From Rebecca billardiae RCC1528 (taxonomy: Eukaryota > Protista > Haptophyta): DNA of 64,000 bases. Positions 11,982 through 23,300 of the stretch are shown piece by piece. Made by a program: the position numbers and the translations under genes. A model generated the notes under the pieces. The model saw nothing but the letters and a program-made list of their open reading frames with translations, was not told the DNA's origin and did not search any database. The DNA is taken from positions 806,001-870,000 of the forward strand of contig OZ251230.1 of assembly GCA_965240325.2 (NCBI GenBank), written 5' to 3'. Position 1 is the first letter of the stretch. The number at the start of each line of letters is the position of its first letter.

Positions 11982-14900
11982 ATGGCTGATGGCGTGGACG
12001 CGTCCCCGCTCGCGGAGCTCGCCAAGCTGTGGGGGAAAGGCGACGTGGCGGCGCTGCTCGAGGCGAGCGAGGTCAACTTTAATGGCAACGCGGCTGTCTC
12101 CCAGGGCGTGCCGTGGCAGGGCGTGCTCGAGCTGCTCCTCAGGTCCACACGCCTTGAGAAACTCCGCCTCGGGTGTGCGCAGAGCAGTGGGGCGGGCAGG
12201 TGGCGGCGCCACGTGGCGCGTGCAGACGGAGGCGCATGGGCACACAATGTCGTGCATGTGGCTGGCCCATCGCCACGTGTCAGCGCCGCTCCGGGTGCCG
12301 CGACACCGCCGCCGCGTACGCCGCACGCGGTGCTCTCAGCAGCACGTGCGCGCGAGCACACAGGCGGTGCACGCGCGGAGATGCGTGCGCGGGGGGGGGC
12401 GTGAGCTTGCGGCGCGCGCGTGGATGCTGCATCGCGTGTGCCATCGCACACGCCGCTCAGCCGCGCCCCGCCCCGCGACCTCCCCTGCGCGCAGTCAGAC
12501 CGGCGTGGGTGACGAGGGTGCCACGCAGCTCGGCGCCGCCCTCGCGTCGGGCAAGACGCGCCTGCGGGAGCTGTACCTCCAGTGAGCGCTGGGGTGGGCA
12601 CTCGGCGCGGCACGCGGTGCGCGGACGGTGGGCGGCGGGGGAGGAGGGTGAGTGGCGTGCGTTGTCACGGGCATCGATGCGCACGAGCCCGGGCTGCCGC
12701 GCACGCCCCGCGCCGAGCGCCGTGCCCCCGCCGCCGCGCGCACAGCACGCGGCGGCGGCGGCGGCGCGCACACGCGAGCGCGCGCGCATCGGCGCACGCG
12801 CGCCGATGCGTGCGCGCGAGACGGGCGGGCGGGAGCTTGCGGCGCGCGCATGGATGCTACATCGCGTGCGCCATCGCACACGCCGCTCAGCCGCGCCCGC
12901 CCCGCGCCCTCCCCTGCGCGCAGGTGCACCGGCGTGGGTGACGAGGGTGCCACGCAGCTCGGCGCCGCCCTCGCGTCGGGCAAGACGCGCCTGCGGGTGC
13001 TGGACCTCTAGTGAGCGCTGGGGTGGGCACTCGGCGCGGCACGCGGTGCGTGGACGGGGGGCGGCGGGGAAGCAGGCTGGGTGGCGTGCATCGTCACGGG
13101 CATCGATGCGCACGAGCCCGGGCTACCACGCGCGCGCCGCGCCGAGCGCCGCGTCGCCGCCGCTGCTCGCGCCGCGTGCTGCGGCAGCTGCGCGCACACA
13201 CGAGCGCACGCATCGGCGCACGCGCGCCGATGCGTGCGCGCGTGACGGGGTCGCGGGCGCTCGAGGCGCGCGTATGCATGCTGCATCGCATGCGCCATCG
13301 CACACGCCGCTCAGCCGCGCCCCGCCCCGCGCCCTTCCCTGCGCGCAGTTACTGCCGCGGCGTGGGTGACGAGGGTGCCACGCAGCTCGGCGCCGCCCTC
13401 GCGTCGGGCAAGACGCGCCTGCGGTGGCTGAGCCTCTTGTGAGCGCTGGGGTGGGCACTCGGCGCGGCGCGCGGCGCGTGGACGGTGGGCGGCGGGGGAG
13501 GAGGCTGGGTGGCGCGCATTGTCACGGGCATCGCTGCGCACGAGCCCGGGCCGCCACACGCGCACCTCGCCGAGCGCTGCGCCGCAGCCACCGCGCGCGC
13601 CGCACGCTGCGGCAGCGGCGCGCACAAGCGAGCGCGCGCGCATCGGCACACGCGCGCCGATGCGTGTGCGCGTGACGGGCGGGCGGGAGCTTGCGGCGCG
13701 CGCATGGACGCTACATCGCGTGCGCCATCGCACACGCCGCTCAGCCGCGCCCCGCGCCGCGCCCTCCCCTGCGCGCAGTCACACCGGCGTGGGTGACGAG
13801 GGTGCCACGCAGCTCGGCGCCGCCCTCGCGTCGGGCAAGACGCGCCTGCGGGAGCTGAACCTCGGGTGAGCGCTGGGGTGGGCACTCGGCGCGGCGCGCG
13901 GCGCGTGGACGGTGGGCGGCGGGGGAGGAGTCTGGTTGGCGTGCGTTGTCACGGGCATCGATGCGCACGAGCCCGGGCTGCCGCGCGCGCCCCGCGCCGA
14001 GCGCCGTGCCCCCGCCGCCGAGCGCGCCGCACGCGGCGGCGGCGGCGGCGCGCACATGCGAGCGCGCGCACATCGGCACACGCGCGCCGATGCGTGTGCG
14101 CGTGACGGGCGGGCGGGAGCTTGCGGCGCGCGCATGGATGCTACATCGCGTGCGCCATCGCACATGCCGCTCAGTCTCGCCCCGCCCCGCGCCCTCCCCT
14201 GCGCGCAGGGACACCCGCGTGGGTGACGAGGGTGCCACGCAGCTCGGCGCCGCCCTCGCGTCGGGCAAGACGCGCCTGCGGGTGCTGAACCTCTTGTGAG
14301 CGCTGGGGTGGGCACTCGGCGCGGCGCGCGGCGCGCGGACGGTGGGCGGCGGGGGAGGAGGGTGGGTGGCGCGCATTGCCACGGGCATCGATGCGCACGA
14401 GCCCGGGCTATCACGCGCGCGCCACACCGAGCTCCGCGCCACCGCTGCCGTGCGGGCCGCACGCGGCGGCAGCTGCGCGCACACGCGAGCGCGCGCGCAT
14501 AGGCGCACGCGCGCCGATGCGTGCGCGCGTGACGGGGGCGCGGAAGCTTGCGGCGCGCGCGTGCATGCTGCATCGCGTGCGCCCTCGCACACGCCGCTCA
14601 GCCGCGCCCCGCCCCGCGCCCTCCCCTGCGCGCAGTTGCACCGGCGTGGGTGACGAGGGTGCCACACAGCTCGGCGCCGCCCTCGCGTGGGGCAAGACGC
14701 GCCTGCGGGAGCTGAACCTCGGGTGAGCGCTGGGGTGGGCACTCGGCGCGGCGCGCGGCGCGTGGACGGTGGGCGGCGGGGGAGGAGTCTGGTTGGCGTG
14801 CGTTGTCACGGGCATCGATGCGCACGAGCTCGGGCCGCCGCGCGCGCGCCGCGCCGAGCGCCGCGCCGCCGCCGCCGCGCGCGCCGCGCGCTGCGGCAGC

Positions 14901-17900
14901 GGCGGCGCGCACACGCGAGCGCGCGCGCATAGGCGCACGCGCGCCGATGCGTGCGCGCGTGTCGGGGGCGCGGGCGCTCGAGGCGCGCGCGTGCATGCTG
15001 CATCACGTGCGCCATTGCACACGCCGCTCAGCCGTGCCCCGCCCCGCGCCCTCCCCTGCGCGCAGTACCATGCACACGTCTAACAGGGTCCGGGCACGCG
15101 TCAATCAGGCCGTGAAGGCGAACAGTGCGCGGCTGCAGCAGGAGCCACCCAGGTGCAAGCGGCGGGGGGGGGCACAACGCGACGCGCCCGTGCACACGCG
15201 GGGCGGGCGGGAGAGGGAGCAGTGGGTTGCGATGATCGGCCGCCAGACGCGCGGCGCACCCCTGCTATGCCACCGCACGCCCCTGGCACGCGCTTCGCCA
15301 CCGCTCACGTGCGCGCCTCGCCCACCACCTGCCTGCGCGCGCAGTGATGACTCTGCTGATGACTCTGCTGATGACTCTGCTGACGACTCTGCTGACGATT
15401 CGGCCTCTGGCGACGAGGCAGAGGCAGCGGAGGAGGCGCAGGCCGCGCTCGACGCGCTCGCAGAGCGTCAGCGCGCGGCGGACGCCGCGCGCGCCGCGCT
15501 CGGCGCCGAGCAGGCGGCCATCCGCGCCGCCCTCGGCCGCGGCGGCGTGGACGAGGCGCGGCTGGCGCGGCGCGACGCGCGCCGTGCCGAGCTGGGCGCC
15601 GCGCTCGAGGCGCTCGGCGCGTGCGCGCTCGACGTGCACGCGGACTCGCAGCAGCGCGCGGCGGCGCTGCGTCGCGAGGCGCGCGCGTTGCGCGCGGCGC
15701 TCGAGCGCGCGGGCACGCCAGAGCAGCCGCGCGAGCCAGCCGGCGACGGGTCCGCTCCGGCGCCCCTGCCGCCGCCTCGCGCGCTCGAGCGCGCGGTGGG
15801 CGCGGCGGTGCGCGCGCACGACGCCGCAGCGCCGCCCTCCGGCGCGGGCGGTGGCGGCGCGGCGCTCGCTGCCGCGTGGGCGGAGGTCGCGCGCCAGGCC
15901 ATCGCCCTCGCGGCGCGCGGCACGTACGCCGACGCGGACGACGGCGCGTGCGCCTCGGCGTGGGCGCTCGCCATGCCCGGCCTGTGCGACGCGGCGCGCG
16001 CTGCCGCCACAAGCGGCGGTGGCCTGACCGACGCGGCGCGCGCGCGCGCGGCCGCGTGCGACGAGCTCGCCGCAGTGGCCGAGCGCGCGCGCACGATCGC
16101 GCGCGAGGCGGAGGCGGAGGCGCGCGAGCTCCGCGCGCTGCCGTCCGCCGAGCGCGCGCACGGCGCGCACGAGCTGCGCGAGCGCGAGGAGGCGTGCAGG
16201 GCGGCTGCGCGCGCGCTGCGCCTCGCGCGCCGCGCTCTAGAAGATGCTCAGGACGACGGCGGCGACGTGGACGGCGCACAGCGCGCGCTCGTCGACGCGC
16301 AGCGGCGCGCGCAGCGCACGCAGCGCGCGCGCGAGCGCTCGCTCGACCGCCTGTACGAGCTGGCGGGCGGGCCGTTCCCCGAGCTGCCCGCCATGCTGCC
16401 CGAGGCGTTCGACGGCGCGGGCGCGCTGCCCGCGGGCGCGCGGCCCGCGTGGCTGCACGGCCGCACGCTCGCGCAGTACGAGCCGTGCGAGTGGCCCGAC
16501 GGCGCGGCGCCCGGCCGCGCGCGGCACGAGGTGCTGCTGCGCACGTTCGCGGGCGAGCGCGTCGTGCTCAAGGTGTACCCGCTGGCGAGCGACACGGAGC
16601 GCCGGCTGCTCGGGCGCGAGGTGGAGTTTGCGCGGGCGCACGCGCACCCACACCTCGCGCGCGTGGCGGGCGTCTTTGTCGACCAGCCGCGCGGCGCGCG
16701 CTGCGCGCTCGTGCAGACGCCGCTCTACTCGGGCGGCACGCTGCGCGGCTGGCTCGAGCGCGACGAGGCGGCGGCGGGCTTGCCGCCCGAGGCGGTGCGC
16801 GGTGGCGCGGCGGGCGCGCGTATGCTCGAGCCGGCGCACGCGCGCGTCGCGCCCGTGCGCGTGCGCGCGCTGCGGCAGCTGCTGGGCGCGCTCGCGCACC
16901 TGCACGCGCGCGGCGCGGTGCACGGCGACGTGAAGCTCGAGAACGCGTTCGTGCAGCTGCCGGGCGACGACGCGGCGGAGCGGCCGCTCGGCGCGGCCGA
17001 GCCGTTCCGCGTGCTGCTCGGCGACTTTGACCTGGCGCGCGTGGAGGAGGCGCTGCAGCACGCGGCTGGCGGCGGCGTGCCGAGCGCGACGACGCGCGCG
17101 GGCGCGGGCACCGAGGGCCACATGGCGCCCGAGCTGCTCGTGCCCGGCGCGCGCGCGAGCGCGGCGTCGGACGTGTTCGCGTTCGGCGTGTGCGTGCTGC
17201 GCGCGCTCGCGGCCGACGAGCCGACGCGCGCCGCGCTCGTGGGCTCGGTGCAGGGCGCGCGCGCCGCGGCGGCTGCGCTGGGCGAGCCGCTCGTCGTGGC
17301 CGCGCTGTCGGACGCGCCGGGCGCGCGGCCGAGCGCGGCGCAGCTCGAGGGCGCGGCGCTGTGGGCGGCGAGCGACGAGGCGCTGCGCGCGGCCGAGGCC
17401 GAGCGCGAGGCGGCGGCCGCGAGCGCGCGCGCCGCGCTGCGCACGTGCGCGGTGTGCTTGGACGAGGAGGTGCCGCCGGACGAGTGCGCCGAGTGCGCGG
17501 GCGGCGGGCACGCGGTGTGCTCGCTCTGCCTCTCCATGCACGTGCAGGTGTGCGCGCAGCCCGACGGCGGCGGCGGCGCGGCGCTCGACGCGGACGGGCG
17601 CGTGCCGTGCGTCGAGGCGGGCAGCGGCTGCGCGCACGCGTACCTGGACGGCGAGCTCGCGCGCCGCACGACCGCCGCGGCGTTCGGCGCGTACTGGCGC
17701 GCGCGCGAGCAGCACGCCGAGGCGCGCGGCGAGGAGCGCGCGGCCGAGCGCGCGCGCGCCGAGGCCTTGCGCCTCGCTGCGCTCAGCGCGGCCGAGCGCG
17801 TGCGCGAGCAGCGGCGCGCACACATCATCGATCATATCCTCACGCTCAAGTGCCCGCGCTGCGGCATGGCGTTCGCCGAGTGGCTCGACGGCGCGCGCGG

Positions 17901-18210
17901 CTTCGACGGCTGCTGCGCGCTGCAGTGCGCGCGCGATCGGTGCGGCTGCCACTTCTGCGCCTACTGCCTCGCCGACTGCGGCGCCGACGCGCACCCGCAC
18001 GTGCGCGGCTGCGAGCACGGCAACGGCACGTACTTTGCGCAGCGCGGCGAGTTTGAGGCGGCGCAGCGCGCGCGGCGCGAGCGCGCGCTGCGCCGCTACC
18101 TCGCCGACGAGGCGGGCGCGGACGGCGCGGCGCGCCAAGCGATCGTCGCGTCCGTCGAGCGCGAGCTGCGCGACCTCCGCATCGACCCAGACGCACTCGC
18201 GCGCGAGTGA
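11982..18210 (+). CDS. LRR-kinase-RBR-like E3 protein, copy A (6 LRR exons, ~1222 aa). Exons 11982-12172, 12495-12581, 12924-13010, 13349-13438, 13779-13865, 14209-14295, 14636-14722, 15066-15152, 15345-18210
   Basis: All introns are GT..CAG and phase 2; the spliced frame is open from ATG to TGA. RI-type LRR unit xxGVGDEGATQLGAALASGKTRLRxLxL. Kinase motifs VVLK, REVE, HGDVKLEN, DFD, GTEGHMAPE, SDVFAFG. RING1 CAVC..C..H..CxxC..C..C and Rcat CPRC..FDGCCALQC..CGCHFCAYC. Confidence 0.9.
12495..15065 (+). repeat. Exon+intron tandem array A, six ~430-bp units
   Basis: Each unit is an 87/90-nt LRR exon plus a ~340-nt intron that starts GTGAGCGCTGGGGTGGGCACTC and ends in ...CCCTGCGCGCAG. Confidence 0.95.
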
Positions 18211-18489
18211 CCGGTGGGCCCCGGGGGCGTCGGCTGCGCGCAGTGTCAGGCGCGGGCGGGCACGTGGGCACGAGCTGAGCGCGATGATGCTCGGCGGGGG
18301 CCACGTGCGCGGATGCACCGCCACGCTGAACACGCTGGTGCCGAATCGCACGTGGCGGCTGGGGGCGCTCACCCAGCTCCGCGCCGTCGAGAGCTCCGAG
18401 CCGGAGCTACGCCGGCCGCTGAGGGGCGTCGGGGAGAGGGACGAGACGGAGGCGCGCGCCGCGACGATGCGCGGCTCGGTGGCTACGCG

Positions 18490-20115
18490 CTCCAGTGAAC
18501 GGCGCACGGTGAACGAGTTGGCGACCTTCTCCTTCGTGCTGACGAAATCGCTCAGCTTGCCGAGAGGAGGATCCCCGCCCACTTGTGCGCGTACCCGCTC
18601 GACGCGTCCACGGCGACGGCGGCGTCGGCGAGCTCGATCCCCGATCGGATCAGCTCCTCGCGCCGCGCCGCGTCGTCGGCCGCCTGCTCGGACAGCTCGT
18701 AGCACGCGCGCGCACGCCGCCAGCGGCTATGAGCTTATCAGTACTATAAGTACTCGTCTTATAAGTACCTCGTAATACTGATAAGCGCTGTCGTCCACGG
18801 CGCGATCGCTCGCGGCGAGCCCTTGTGTTCGGGCGTCGAGCGGCCTTGACGCTGGGGCGTGCAGGGACGGGCGTGGGCACCATCCGGCGCCATCATTGCC
18901 GGCCGAGGGCGGTTTTTGGCGCGCTGCTCAGAAGCGGTACAGACGTTTAAGGCGTGATTTACTACTGCACAAAGACACCGCCACAAAACAGACCGGCGCA
19001 GGCAGGTGAGGGGCGCGTTGCCGCACCTCATCGAGGCGGCCATTGCAGCAAGCGGCCGCCCCGCGCTCGGAGGCACGCGCTCGAGAGCGCGCTCTGACAC
19101 CACACAGTACTGTGACAGCAGCCGGATTTCAGCATGGCTGTCGCCTCGGCTGGCGGAGCTGTCGCCCACGATGGCGTGCACGAGTCAAAACACCGAGCGG
19201 ATTTCGCGGCATGGTGCTGTGAGCCAGCCCTGCCGAAGGTAGGAGCCGCCCTGTGAACGCGCAGAGCCGTCAGCGACCCCGTTGTGAGCGTGTGCACGCG
19301 TGCATTGCACCCGCGGCGACCGTACTTATGATGGACGTTATCAGTCGTATAAGTTATCAGTACGCGTACGCGTGTGCGCGCGCGCGCGCGCGACGCCACC
19401 ACACTGTGACACTCACTCACAGGACCACACCGGGTGACGTCGGGTTGGGAAGAGGTCCATGCCCTTCCTGGGTCCATTTGCGACGACGCAAGCGTTCGTA
19501 GCTTCATTCATGTGATCATCATTCTAGCGCGTCTGCAGGAGTAAACGCTATCAGTACCGCGTACTGATTGTACTGATAAGGAGCTCATCATGGTCGCCAG
19601 AGGAGCTCGACGTCGTCAGCCGCGGGTGCAGCGGAGGCCTCCTGCTCGAGCAGTGCGTACAGCGCTTCGTATTCGCCCGCGGCGTGCATCTCGTCCGCGC
19701 GCGAGAAGCGCGCTGGGCTCTCTTCGAGCGGCGGTGCCATCTGCCCACTCGGCCTCTCGAGGCTGGTCGCACTCCCGGCGTCAGGTGAGGCCGAGCCGTC
19801 CAGTGCAGCCCGCGCTGCAGCCTCGCCCGGGGCGGCGGCATCGGGTTTGCGGCGGCGAAAGAGCCGCAGCGGCGAAAGGCGCGAGAGTACCCGACGTACG
19901 CGGCCAGGCGGCGCTGAAGCTCCCTCCTCACGTTCCTCCTCGCAGGACGAATCAACCATCATGGCAACCGACACGACACACGTGCGTGCAGGCGAAGGCG
20001 GCAGGAGCTTGCATCTGGGCGCGAGGGTCGGAGACGAGCCTGGCCAGTGCGTGCGAGGAATGTGGGCACCACCAAAGGGCACGGCGGCGAGCACTAGCAC
20101 GACGGCCAACCGCAT
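18490..20115 (-). pseudogene. RMDN/RMD-1 (regulator of microtubule dynamics, TPR) 5' fragment, interrupted by a MITE and frameshifted
   Basis: Reads ADEMHAAGEYEALYALL...DDVELLWR, then after the insertion RARYELS...SGYAHKWAGI...LSDFVSTKEKVANSFTVR, which are typical RMD-1 motifs. A 2-bp insertion lies at ~18563, and the gene is truncated at the duplication junction. Confidence 0.7.
18724..19594. mobile_element. 871-bp MITE-like insertion with a 6-bp target-site duplication
   Basis: Absent from the paralogous site at ~27475 (CACGCCGCCAGAGGAGC). Flanked by CGCCAG at 18718-18723 and 19595-19600. Imperfect inverted ends ATGAGCT(CCT)TATCAGTAC with repeated TATCAGTAC/ATAAGTAC motifs. Confidence 0.8.
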
Positions 20116-20315
20116 TACGCGGCCGTCCACCGCCGCGGGAGATTGGGCAGCCATCAAGACGACTCGCGCTCGTCACGAAAAGCTGAGACGAATAAATGAA
20201 AGGCGCCAAAGGCGCTTTCAGCTTCGCATCCGGACCAGAAAGCCACCGGAACTCCGGAAGGCATCGGCCATCGCCGCTCGCTCTCGGAGGCCGCCCAGGC
20301 GCCCAGTGCGACAGC

Positions 20316-23300
20316 ATGGCTGATGGCGTGGACGCGTCCCCGCTCGCGGAGCTCGCCAAGCTGTGGGGGAAAGGCGACGTGGCGGCGCTGCTCGAGGCGA
20401 GCGAGGTCAGCCCTCATGACAACGCGGTCTCCCAGGGCGTGCCGTGGCAGGGCGTGCTCGAGCTGCTCCTCACGTCCACACGCCTCGAGGAACTCCGCCT
20501 CAGGTGTGCGCAGAGCGGTGGGGCGGGCAGGTGGCGGCGGCACGTGGCGCGTGCAGACGGAGGCGCATGGGCACACACTGCCCTGCATGTGGCTGGCCCA
20601 TCGGCACGTGTCAGCGCCGCTCCGGGCGCCGCGCCGCCGCCGCCGCGTACGCCGCACGCGGTGCTCTCAGCAGCACGTGAGCGCGAGCACACAGGCGGTG
20701 CACGCGCACCGATGCGTGCGCGCGTGACGGGCGGACGGGAGCTTGAGGCGCGCGCATGCATGCTGCATCGCGTACGCCATCGCACACGCCGCTCAGCCGC
20801 GCCCCGCCGCGCGCCCTCCCCTGCGCGCAGTTTCACCGGCGTGGGTGACGAGGGTGCCACGCAGCTCGGCGCCGCCCTCGCGTCGGGCAAGACGCGCCTG
20901 CGGGTGCTGGACCTCGGGTGAGCGCTGGGGTGGGCACTCGGCGCGGCGCGCGGCGCGTGGACCGTGGGCGGCGGGGGAGGAGGGTGGGTGGCGTGCGTTG
21001 TCACGGGCATCGATGCGCACGAGCCCGGGCTGCTGCGCGCGCCCCGCGCCGAGCGCGGCGCCGCCACCACCGCGCACGCCGCACGCTGCGGCAGCGGCGG
21101 CGCGCACACGCGAGCGCGCGCGCATCGGCGCACGCGCGCCGATGCGTGCGCGCGTGACGGGGGCGCGGGAGCTTGCGGCGCGCGCATGCATGCTGCATCG
21201 CGTGCGCCATCGCACACGCTGCTCAGCTGCGCCCCGCCCCGCGCCCTCCCCTGCGCGCAGTTTCACCGGCGTGGGTGACGAGGGTGCCACGCAGCTCGGC
21301 GCCGCCCTCGCGTCGGGCAAGACGCGCCTGCGGGAGCTGAACCTCTAGTGAGCGCTGGGGTGGGCACTCGGCGCGGCGCGCGGCGCGTGGACGGTGGGTG
21401 GCGGGGGAGGAGGGTGGGTGGCTTGCGTTGTCGTGGGCATCGATGCGCGCGAGCCCGGGCTGCCGCGCGCGCGCCGCGCCGAGCGCCGCGCCGCCGCGGC
21501 CGCGCGCGCCGCACGCTGCGGCGGCGGCGCGCACACGCGAGCGCGCGCGCGTCGGCGCACGCGCGCCGATGCGTGCGCGCGTGACGGGGGCGCGGAAGCT
21601 TGCGGCGCGCGTATGCATGCTGCATCACGTGCGCCATCGCACACGCCGCTCAGCCGCGCCCCGCCCCGCGCCCTCCCCTGCGCGCAGTGGCTGTGACGGC
21701 GTGGGTGACGAGGGTGCCACGCAGCTCGGCGCCGCCCTCGCGTCGGGCAAGACGCGCCTGCGGAAGCTGAACCTCGAGTGAGCGCTGGGGTGGGCACTCG
21801 GCGCGGCGCGCGGCGCGTGGGCGGTGGCTGGCGGGGGAGGATGCTGAGTGGCGCGCATTGTCACGGGCATCATTGCGCACGAGCCCGCCCCGCGCGCGCC
21901 GCGCCGAGCGCGGCGCCGCCACCACCGCGCACGCCGCACGCTGCGGCAGTGGCGGCGCGCACACGCGAGCGCGCGCGCATCGGCACACGCGCGCCGATGC
22001 GTGTGCGCGTGACGGGCGGGCGGAAGCTTGCGGCGCGCGCATGCATGCTGCATCACGCGCGCCGTCGCACACGCCGCTCAACCGCGCCCCGCCCCGCGCC
22101 CTCCCCTGCGCGCAGTGGCTGTGACGGCGTGGGTGACGAGGGTGCCACGCAGCTCGGCGCCGCCCTCGCGTCGGGCAAGACGCGCCTGCGGAAGCTGAAC
22201 CTCGAGTGAGCGCTGGGGTGGGCACTCGGCGCGGCGCGCGGCGCGTGGACGGTGGGCGGCGGGGGAGGAGGGTGGGCGGCGCGCATCGTCACGGGCATCG
22301 ATGCGCGCGAGGCCGGGCCACCACGCGCGCGCCGCGCCGAGCGCCGCGCCGCCGCCGCCGCGCGCGCCGCGCGCTGCGGCAGCGGCGGCGCGCACACGCG
22401 AGCGCGCGCGCGCCGATGCGTGCGCGCGTGACGGAGGCGCGGGCGCTCGAGGCGCGCGCATGCATGCTGCATCACGTGCGCCATCGCATACGCCGCTCAG
22501 CCGCGCCCCGCCCCGCGCCCTCCCCTGCGCGCAGTGGCACCCGCGTGGGTGACGAGGGTGCCACGCAGCTCGGCGCCGCCCTCGCGTCGGGCAAGACGCG
22601 CCTGCGGGAGCTGAACCTCGAGTGAGCGCTGGGGTGGGCACTCGGCGCGGCGCGCGGCGCGTGGACGGTGGGCGGCGGGGGAGGAGGGTGGGTGGCGCGC
22701 ATCGTCACGGGCATCGATGTGCACGAGCCCGGGCTACCGCGCGCGCCCCGCGCCGAGCGCCGCCCCGCCGCCGCCGCGCGCGCCGCAGGCTGCGGCAGCG
22801 GCGGCGCGCACACGCGAGCGCGCGCGCATCGGCGCACGCGCGCCGATGCGTGCGCGCGTGACGGGGGCGCGGGAATGTGCGGCGCGCGCTTATGCATGCT
22901 GCATCGCGTGCGCCATCGCACACGCCGCTCAGTCGCGCCCCGCCCCGCGCCCTCCCCTGCGCGCAGTCGCACCGGCGTGGGTGACGAGGGTGCCACGCAG
23001 CTCGGCGCCGCCCTCGCGTCGGGCAAGACGCGCCTGCGGGAGCTGAACCTCCGGTGAGCGCTGGGGTGGGCACTCCGCGCGGCGCGCGGTGCGTGGACGG
23101 TGGGTGGCGGGGGAGGAGGGTGGGTGGCGCGCATTGTCACGGGCATCGATGCGCACGAGCCCGGGCTACCACGCGCGCGCCTCGCCGAGCGCCGCGCAGC
23201 CGCCGCGCCGCGCGCCGCACGCTGCGGCAGCGGCGGCGTGCACACGCGAGCGCGCGCGCATCGGCGCACGCGCGCCGATGCGTGCGCGCGTGACGGGGTC

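Noticed and set aside
11982-12035. MADA-like cell-death helix (MADGVDASPLAELAKLW)
   Set aside because: Only a superficial match to the plant NLR motif. Asp6 and Pro9 break the pattern and there is no four-helix bundle, so it is more likely an LRR N-cap.
14803-15344. ORF-track N-termini of the 1135, 1072 and 1203-aa kinase ORFs
   Set aside because: They run through intron sequence. The intron before the last exon is in frame in copy A only, so the true starts are the upstream MADGVDAS exons.
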